32,000 bases of DNA from Promethearchaeum syntrophicum (GTDB lineage Archaea; Asgardarchaeota; Lokiarchaeia; Sigyniarchaeales; Promethearchaeaceae), in NCBI RefSeq assembly GCF_008000775.2, contig NZ_CP042905.2:2850001-2882000 (forward strand). Reading direction: 5' to 3'. Under the pieces are notes generated by a model. The model was not told the DNA's origin, searched no databases, and worked only from the letters and a program-made list of their open reading frames with translations. How positions within the stretch are numbered: the stretch's first letter is position 1; every line of letters starts with the position of its first letter. The position numbers and the translations under genes were made by a program. Positions 25,197 through 32,000 of this stretch are shown in pieces.

Positions 25197-28100
25197 TTCG
25201 GGCATAGGATATACATTCTGCATTGATTAATAATTGTTTATACTTTTTCAACCGTTTTAATTGTTCAGGTAAGTCGAACTCTAAATTTTCTAAATTTCTC
25301 TCCCATCTTTCACGTTCGTTTTCAAGGTACTGAACTTCTTTCTTAATTTTATTGAAATTTTCCATCCTTTTCTTTTTTCGAGACGTATCACTTATCTTCT
25401 CTAGATTATCTATTTGCCGTTCAGTTGGCATTTTTAACTTTTTGGCTCTTAATTTTTGTTCAATTTTCTGAAGTTGAACTTCTGAAAAATTTTTTTTTTG
25501 TTCTGCTGATTTAATTATTCTTTTACGTTTTTGAAAATAGGAATCTCGATTTAATTTCGTTAATTCCTGTGTTCTTTTTTGAATCCAATTTTTAGTAGAT
25601 TTAATGGAAATATCATAACATTTCTTTAGGAAATCTTCAGATATATGAAAATCTTGTTTAGCATGAGCATAATTCTGATTTTCTGAAATAACTTCATTAA
25701 AATTGTGAGGGCGAGAGATAAAATCTGATAATGATGGAAGTAGGTCAAATTCATCAGAAATAAATACAGGAATGACAATTTTTTCGATAATAATTCCTAA
25801 AAATTTTATTTCAAATAAAAATAGGTTAAGACCTGTTTCATTTCTTAATAACTTCTGAACGATAGGAACTTCTCCAGCTTTTAAACGCACCAAGTAAGGA
25901 TTCATAAAATACGACGCTAGTTTTTTTATATCTAAGAATAGAAGGCTAGCTGACCCTCCAAAATTATCTTTTTTACACCAATCAATTAAATTCATTATTA
26001 ACGGATGGCCTAAAGCATAAAAATCGTATTCTTCTTGATCTTTAGCCAAATCAATGTTAAAAACCCCTTGATATCTTGTGTCTTCAGCTTTCATACATTT
26101 TCGATATTTTTCGGATAAATTTATATTCCAAACTCCTTTGGTTCGAGGGTTATTTTTGATTGCTAATTCAATGGGCAGTTTTTCGTATTTATTTGGGATT
26201 AATTGGTTTTTTTTCATATAATTTGAAAATCTATTGATAAATGAGAAAATATCTATTCCCGATAATAAATCGGGATTATTTATATCTTTCGAGATATAAT
26301 CATACTGAAAAGAACGTTTGTCTAATATAAGATCTTCTAACTTATCATAAATTTCATGAATTTTATTTGATGTTTTTGATATAGTTTCATCTATACGAAA
26401 TTTTCGAGGTATTTCATTATCTTTTAGAACTAGATTAGTAATTTGTCTTTCAAGTTTTCCTAAAATAGGTTCTAAAGCTCCAATAGATTCTTCAAATAAT
26501 TTAATACGATTAAGAATTGCAGTTACAATTGATGATTCAACTGTATCCTTGATGAAAAAATTATAAATTAACACATTTTTTTTTTGACCAAATCGATCAA
26601 GACGTCCAATTCTCTGTTCAAGCCTCATTGGATTCCATGGTAAATCATAATTAACAATAATATGGCAAAATTGGAAATTTCTTCCTTCGCCTCCAATTTC
26701 AGTAGATAATAAAATTGAACCTTCCTGTTTAAATGAAGATACTGATTGATTTTTTTGTTTTTCATCTAAATCTCCATGAAATTGGAAGACTTTGTAACCT
26801 TTTTTCTCGAGTAATCGGGTTAAATAAAAGAGCGTTGCTTTAAACTGTGTAAAAATGATAATTTTTTCATCAGGTGCATCATCCATTATTTCTTGAATTA
26901 TTTCAACTAAATTTTCTGCTTTAGAATCATATTGAAGGTTTTCAAGATCTTTTACAAATTCACGGAGTATTTGGATATGAGTTTTAATATTGAGATTTGT
27001 TTCCTTTTTTGGGATCATTTTACGCTGTCTATTTTTAACAATTATTCGATCTTCTAGATCCAATTCTTCCAATCCCCAAGCATAATCTAAACTTGAATCT
27101 TCATCGGTAAATTCCAGAGATTTTTTGTAATCATCTTGCAATTTTAAAAGTAGATCTTGGTTTTCTTCAAGATATTTTATCCTTTTTTTCATACTTTTTA
27201 GGATTGCAGGAACTGAGCTTGTTAACAATTTCTGTAATATTACCATAACAAAACCTAACCCAGCAGGTCCTGATTCATAATTCTGGGAATAAACTTTTGC
27301 TAGGTAAAGGTGAATTCTGTTATAAACATCCAATTCTTCCTGAGTTAATTCTACCTCAATTACATGAGGGATTCTTCTTACTGGGTTATCTGGAAAAACT
27401 ATTCTACGGCGATTTCTAATTATAAACTTGCTCAAAAAATGTTGATTTTCTAATTTTTGAATTAGAGCTTCCCTATGATGAGGAAATCTTAAGGTTTGAT
27501 CAAATCCATTTGAATCAATATTGATGTTAAATGAGGAAATCTGATATTTAAGAGCATTTCTTTCGTATGTATTTATTCGAGTAAAATTTCGCAGATTTTT
27601 GACTATTGTATTCAATAACGGTATTTTTTTCCTTTCTATTTCAAATGATTCATAGTTACTGAATTCGTAGGGATTTAATAACTGAATTAAAGAAAAGAGA
27701 TCAAAAGAATGAAGCTGAATAGGGGTTGCTGTTAATAATAGTAGACTTTTACTCTTTTCAGATAATTTTTCTGCTAATTCATATGCTAATGTTGTTCGAT
27801 ATTGCCCGGTTTTTTGATTTGTTAGATATCTTCGCAAATGATGAGCTTCATCGAAAATTACAATATCCCATTCCATCTGTGTTAAAATGGAATAACATTG
27901 ATTTAAGCGAGCATATTGCAGAGATACCGTTAATAGTGAATATTCTTTAGAGGACTTTATATGCTGTAAATTTCCTGAATTGTAGTTAATTTTCAATTTT
28001 TTGAGTAAAGCTGAGTTTAATCGAGTAAAATGAAGATTGAATTTATTTTTCATCTCAAACTCCCATTGTCCAGTAATTGAAGCAGGAGTTATGATTAGAA

Positions 28101-28827
28101 TCCGAGAGGCTAAATTTCTTGCAATCATTTCTTTTAGATAAATCCCTGCTTCAATAGTTTTTCCTAGCCCCACCTCATCTGCGAGTATATAGCGAGCGTA
28201 TCCTAATTCTAATAAACTATGGGCTACAGATATTTGATGGGGTAATAAGCTTAATCGAGAATTTGTAATTATTTTGAGTATATTGCTTTCATAAAGATCT
28301 GAAGCCTGAAACGCCCAAAATCTCAGTAAAAATTGATTTTGAGAATCAATATTTCCTTTCAAAAATTCATCGATAGGTGATTGGTATTCAGAGAGTATTT
28401 GTGTCTCTTCAAGACGCATTTTTAATCCTGAAGACGACAAAATTTCATACCTAACAATACCATCGGATTTATCAAGATTATAGGATAAAATTGTTCCGAT
28501 ATCACTTGAATATCGAATTTTTTTTCCAATATCGAAAATATAATGCAATAAATCATTTCTAAAAATTATTTTCTCATGGAATGCTTGAAATTGTACGAGA
28601 TATTTATCTAACTGAATATTAGAAATATCCTTATTTTTTTTATTTGGTAATTTTTCTAAAACATCGATAATTCGTCCGATTCCTAATCCAGGATTATTTC
28701 TAAGAACTACTAAATTTCCTATAAAAAATGAGTGGCTGCGACATTTTAAATTAGGACATATACCTTTTGAAGAAATGTCAATTGATGTTTTGCAGTATTG
28801 GCAAATTTCCGGATAAAATAAGAACAT
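25183..28827 (-). CDS. SNF2-family ATPase, RapA/HepA-like, with an N-terminal zinc ribbon and a long C-terminal extension
   Basis: 1214 aa. Zinc ribbon: CQYCKTSIDISSKGICPNLKC. Tudor-like RapA-style N-terminus: GNLVVLRNNPGLGIGRIIDV. Helicase motifs: LLPHQ, ILADEVGLGKTIEAG, FDEAHHLR, LLLTATPIQ, QRIGRLDRFGQK. About 450 C-terminal aa end in a K/E-rich coiled coil. Confidence 0.9.
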   Translation of the reverse strand: MFLFYPEICQYCKTSIDISSKGICPNLKCRSHSFFIGNLVVLRNNPGLGIGRIIDVLEKLPNKKNKDISNIQLDKYLVQFQAFHEKIIFRNDLLHYIFDIGKKIRYSSDIGTILSYNLDKSDGIVRYEILSSSGLKMRLEETQILSEYQSPIDEFLKGNIDSQNQFLLRFWAFQASDLYESNILKIITNSRLSLLPHQISVAHSLLELGYARYILADEVGLGKTIEAGIYLKEMIARNLASRILIITPASITGQWEFEMKNKFNLHFTRLNSALLKKLKINYNSGNLQHIKSSKEYSLLTVSLQYARLNQCYSILTQMEWDIVIFDEAHHLRRYLTNQKTGQYRTTLAYELAEKLSEKSKSLLLLTATPIQLHSFDLFSLIQLLNPYEFSNYESFEIERKKIPLLNTIVKNLRNFTRINTYERNALKYQISSFNINIDSNGFDQTLRFPHHREALIQKLENQHFLSKFIIRNRRRIVFPDNPVRRIPHVIEVELTQEELDVYNRIHLYLAKVYSQNYESGPAGLGFVMVILQKLLTSSVPAILKSMKKRIKYLEENQDLLLKLQDDYKKSLEFTDEDSSLDYAWGLEELDLEDRIIVKNRQRKMIPKKETNLNIKTHIQILREFVKDLENLQYDSKAENLVEIIQEIMDDAPDEKIIIFTQFKATLFYLTRLLEKKGYKVFQFHGDLDEKQKNQSVSSFKQEGSILLSTEIGGEGRNFQFCHIIVNYDLPWNPMRLEQRIGRLDRFGQKKNVLIYNFFIKDTVESSIVTAILNRIKLFEESIGALEPILGKLERQITNLVLKDNEIPRKFRIDETISKTSNKIHEIYDKLEDLILDKRSFQYDYISKDINNPDLLSGIDIFSFINRFSNYMKKNQLIPNKYEKLPIELAIKNNPRTKGVWNINLSEKYRKCMKAEDTRYQGVFNIDLAKDQEEYDFYALGHPLIMNLIDWCKKDNFGGSASLLFLDIKKLASYFMNPYLVRLKAGEVPIVQKLLRNETGLNLFLFEIKFLGIIIEKIVIPVFISDEFDLLPSLSDFISRPHNFNEVISENQNYAHAKQDFHISEDFLKKCYDISIKSTKNWIQKRTQELTKLNRDSYFQKRKRIIKSAEQKKNFSEVQLQKIEQKLRAKKLKMPTERQIDNLEKISDTSRKKKRMENFNKIKKEVQYLENERERWERNLENLEFDLPEQLKRLKKYKQLLINAECISYARIILK

Positions 28828-28858
28828 AATTTAATTCACATATTTTTTTGAAGAATTG

Positions 28859-31132
28859 CTACTCTTGACTTTGCCACCTATCATATTCTTCAAATAGATC
28901 ATCAATTTCACCCATAACACGCGAGAATTTCCTCCACATCTTTCGTCCGAACGCATCTTCAACAACATAGGTCATTTTGAGATTATAATCAGTAGTTAAT
29001 TCAAAAAGAGATGATAACTCGTCCCGAGTGATATCTTCTTTTAAAACAGTATTTACAATTTCAGATAATTTAGTTTTTAATAATTCTGTATTTGATTTAG
29101 ATTTTTGGGCTTTTACTAATAAATGGTGAATTCTTTCTTGTAATTCTTCTTCATCAAGAGATAATTTCTTTATTCCTTCCTCAATTATACGATCAGAACA
29201 TAAATTTATTACCCTGTCATAAATTTCGATTGCATGTTGAAGACTTAGGCCAGATTCAATGGGATTAAAATTTCGACCAATTCTGGCTTCAATTACTTTT
29301 AAATATGCACTTTCTTCCAGCAATTGGATGTTTTTTAAATCACTCTCAGGCCAATTTGCATTAATTTTTTCTGCCAATTCTTTTAAACGTGAATCTGATA
29401 CTGGGGTCTCCTTTAAGGCGGATACTAAATCTTTTTGAAAGCCTTTTGCATGTTCACCTAATAATTTCACCCTGACCTCAATATCCGGCATCATTTTTTT
29501 GTGTGCCTTATTTTTTATCCATTTAAACTTCTTAATTGCTTCAGAAATTAATTTTTCCGCTTTTTTTGGGTTTTTCTCTAATTGAGCCTTTCCATCCAGC
29601 ACAAATTGTATCCCATCATCCATTGCCATATTAAGCTCAAAGAAATAATCTATGAAAGAAACTTGTGAACGCTCTCGTAGAGTAATCTCTTTTGTATATA
29701 TATCATTAACAACACTCTTTGTTGATAAAAACCATAGAAAAGCAGAAGGAATCCAAAATAGGATACTTATGTATAATAACTCGCGATACCCCATCCCAAT
29801 TCGACTTAATATTGTTAATAATCCCGCGGTAAGCATTAATGTAAAACTTTTTCCCAGCTGTTCAGTTAATTGAAAAAGCGAAGTAGCCGTCCCGCGATGT
29901 TCTGGCAAATTAACATCAACCATTACGGCATTCTTATTAGTGACCATACCAGCACTGAGAAAAGTTCCTAAGAACGAAAATATTACATAAAAAATATAAG
30001 AGGGATAATTTGTAAATATCGCACCTATTGTCTGAGAAACATAAAAACCAAACTGATCATTTGAGATTTCACTTGGATATGCAGGCATATTTGATAACAT
30101 TACTGGTCGTAGGAAAAAAATCATTAATAAACAGAAAGGAACTGCCAAAGCATTAACAATAAATGCTAAAATAGCCCGATTTTTATTGTTTTTATTGTAA
30201 AGAAAATCTCCCAACCAAGATAAAACAATACTTCCTACTATATAACCCACACTTGCCACTCCAGCCATTAGTGTGGAAACTTGAATTCTTATTTCACTAG
30301 GTAGAACGGCTAATAAACCATCAGTTGGATGTGAAAACGTCGTTATTAAAGAGAAGATTATAATTGTGCCAGGAACAATTGAAAATAATCCATTTATAAT
30401 GAGATATCTATTCGTTCGCTTTTTCATCATACTGATTAAAGCACGTCGACTCATTCGATATCCATATTGAAGTTCATCAAATTCTTGTAAATCTGCCAAA
30501 CTCTCCTCTTTCGAGCCCATTTCTGGCAATTTTACAAAGGCGAGTAAAAATAATGCAATTACAGCTAATCCAAACAATATTAAAAATGGAAAATGCCACC
30601 CTAAATTTAAAATATTAAGAGGACCAAGAAAAGCAGATAATCCTTGACCAGTACCATTACTTGTAGAAGAAAATATTGCTAAAAATCCAAATAATCCAGA
30701 TCGTTCTTCTGCGGGAAATATATCACTTAGAATTGATATTCCAACTGGAATTGCAAAACCCATGCCACCACCTGTGATTATCCTAGCAACAATTAATAAC
30801 CCATAAGAATTAACAAAAATTGTTAATAGAAAGCCCAAAATTGATAAAAATACCCCCCAACGAATCACTTTGTTCCGATCGAGCCGGTCCGTATAATATC
30901 CCCATACTACCATCGTAAATGCAGCAATTAGCACCGACAAAGCATCAGGAATATAAATTGAAGAAGAATATTGCTCCCCGAAATCTGCAATAATTGCAGA
31001 ATATGAAGGAATCATCATATTTAAAGAAGCGACGTTAATGAATGAAAGCAAGAGAATTACAAAAATAACTGAAATCTCATTTTTAGAAAATTTCATCTTG
31101 AATTTCATCTTCTTTCGTTCTTTAATATCCAT
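28859..31132 (-). CDS. MFS transporter fused to a ~270-aa C-terminal soluble helical domain
   Basis: 757 aa. About 12 hydrophobic helices occupy the first ~480 aa. An MFS motif-A-like GYYTDRLDRNK follows TM2. The remainder is hydrophilic, helical and E/K-rich with no motif I recognise. It lies 31 nt upstream of the SNF2 gene on the same strand. Confidence 0.8.
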   Translation of the reverse strand: MDIKERKKMKFKMKFSKNEISVIFVILLLSFINVASLNMMIPSYSAIIADFGEQYSSSIYIPDALSVLIAAFTMVVWGYYTDRLDRNKVIRWGVFLSILGFLLTIFVNSYGLLIVARIITGGGMGFAIPVGISILSDIFPAEERSGLFGFLAIFSSTSNGTGQGLSAFLGPLNILNLGWHFPFLILFGLAVIALFLLAFVKLPEMGSKEESLADLQEFDELQYGYRMSRRALISMMKKRTNRYLIINGLFSIVPGTIIIFSLITTFSHPTDGLLAVLPSEIRIQVSTLMAGVASVGYIVGSIVLSWLGDFLYNKNNKNRAILAFIVNALAVPFCLLMIFFLRPVMLSNMPAYPSEISNDQFGFYVSQTIGAIFTNYPSYIFYVIFSFLGTFLSAGMVTNKNAVMVDVNLPEHRGTATSLFQLTEQLGKSFTLMLTAGLLTILSRIGMGYRELLYISILFWIPSAFLWFLSTKSVVNDIYTKEITLRERSQVSFIDYFFELNMAMDDGIQFVLDGKAQLEKNPKKAEKLISEAIKKFKWIKNKAHKKMMPDIEVRVKLLGEHAKGFQKDLVSALKETPVSDSRLKELAEKINANWPESDLKNIQLLEESAYLKVIEARIGRNFNPIESGLSLQHAIEIYDRVINLCSDRIIEEGIKKLSLDEEELQERIHHLLVKAQKSKSNTELLKTKLSEIVNTVLKEDITRDELSSLFELTTDYNLKMTYVVEDAFGRKMWRKFSRVMGEIDDLFEEYDRWQSQE

Positions 31133-31281
31133 CCCCTCGATTAATCCTAATAAAAATTACCATTATAAATATTTTAATTTATTCTTTCTATCGTAAATGT
31201 AGTTCTGTTAATTTGTTTAAGCTTAAATTAGGAAAAAATTTGGAAAAGAAAAAAATGAAAGCCTCACTGCATACTTATTTA

Positions 31282-32000
31282 TTAGATCATATCAAATTTT
31301 CTGCCAATTTTCTCATAGATATCTAATGCATCTTGAATTTGCTCTTCAGTATGAGTAGCCATTAGAGAATTCCGTAATAATTCATCCCCTTCAGCAACTC
31401 CAGGAGCACGAACTGGATTCGAATATAATCCTTCTGCTAAGAGTTCCTTCCAGACTTTGAAAACTTTAAGTTCATCTCGTACATACACTGGAACTACAGG
31501 AGTTTCGCTTCCACCTGTTTCAAAACCCAACTTTCTTAAACCAGATTCGAATAAGCGCGCATTTGACATTACTTTCTTCCTCAAATCTTCACTTTTTTCT
31601 ATCAATTCAATCGCTTTAATAATTGCTGCAACTGCAGGTGGAAGAAGAGAAGCACTAAAAATGAAACTTCGTGCATGGTGTTGAATATAATTAGCCACAT
31701 CCTCAGTACTTACACAAAAACCTCCAATGGAAGCGAATGATTTTGAGAATGTGCCAACGACAAGATCAATCCGATCCATAAGACCAAAATGCCCTCCAAC
31801 ACCTTCACCGTGATCCCCTAGATACCCCACTCCATGGGCATCATCAATCATTAAACGAGCGCTATATTGCTCTGATAATTCAACTAATTCAGGTATTGGT
31901 GCTAAAGATCCTTCCATGCTAAAAACTCCATCACTAACAATAAGTTTACCTTTATTTGCAGGTATTGATTGAAGAACCCTTTCAAGATCTTCCATATTAT
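31282..32000 (-). CDS. Alpha-oxoamine synthase family PLP enzyme (BioF / Kbl / serine-palmitoyltransferase-like); N-terminus lies beyond the window
   Basis: Family blocks present: DGVFSMEG, MIDDAHG, and the PLP-lysine block GTFSKSFASIGGF. The reading frame continues past 31995 to the window end. The family is normally about 390-400 aa, so about 160 aa are missing. Confidence 0.85.
   Translation of the reverse strand, partial: NMEDLERVLQSIPANKGKLIVSDGVFSMEGSLAPIPELVELSEQYSARLMIDDAHGVGYLGDHGEGVGGHFGLMDRIDLVVGTFSKSFASIGGFCVSTEDVANYIQHHARSFIFSASLLPPAVAAIIKAIELIEKSEDLRKKVMSNARLFESGLRKLGFETGGSETPVVPVYVRDELKVFKVWKELLAEGLYSNPVRAPGVAEGDELLRNSLMATHTEEQIQDALDIYEKIGRKFDMI

Noticed and set aside
1-32000. 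CRISPR arrays, rRNA genes, transposases or integrases, and prophage hallmarks
   Set aside because: I saw no regularly spaced short repeats and no recognisable cas, transposase, integrase or capsid/terminase-like ORFs. The tRNA-Leu has no adjacent integrase or visible att-like duplication.

Overview
The window is visibly AT-rich (roughly 30% G+C by eye, not computed) and densely coding. I read it as archaeal. It has BRE/TATA-type promoters at about -26 and oligo-T terminators. It carries a tRNA-Leu(UAA) with a ~50-nt insertion at a non-canonical D-arm position. Several small roadblock/longin-like alpha/beta proteins suggest an Asgard (Lokiarchaeia-like) genome, but that assignment is inference only.

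Housekeeping and metabolic content:
- an orphan OppD/OppF-type ABC ATPase pair
- NadA and thioredoxin reductase
- an operon of SCP2-domain protein, single-cluster radical-SAM activase and GCVE-type glycyl-radical enzyme
- a stand-alone DUF2156-like protein and a GNAT acetyltransferase
- a membrane H+-pyrophosphatase with the K+-independent signature
- an ABC ATPase with a large polytopic membrane partner
- a truncated alpha-oxoamine synthase at the 3' edge

The most unusual locus is 21.99-24.02 kb. It holds two tandem ~150-nt structured RNA genes. Each has its own conserved BRE/TATA box at canonical spacing and its own oligo-T terminator. The two copies differ by a stem-preserving hairpin replacement. 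They sit convergent to, and 20 nt from the stop of, a retron-clade reverse transcriptase (YADD and VTG motifs). That RT carries an atypical ~270-aa N-terminal extension with a predicted membrane anchor.

Next to the RT are a longin-like/winged-helix protein, a 1214-aa RapA-like SNF2 ATPase with an N-terminal zinc ribbon, and an MFS transporter fused to a ~270-aa soluble helical domain.

Other observations:
- a 52-aa triple-repeat miniprotein that is missing from the ORF track
- ~94-nt direct repeats bracketing the oppDF pair
- a gene whose conserved N-terminus lies upstream of any canonical start codon
- a 0.68-kb gene-free stretch with a possible ncRNA

No CRISPR array, rRNA, transposase or integrase was seen.
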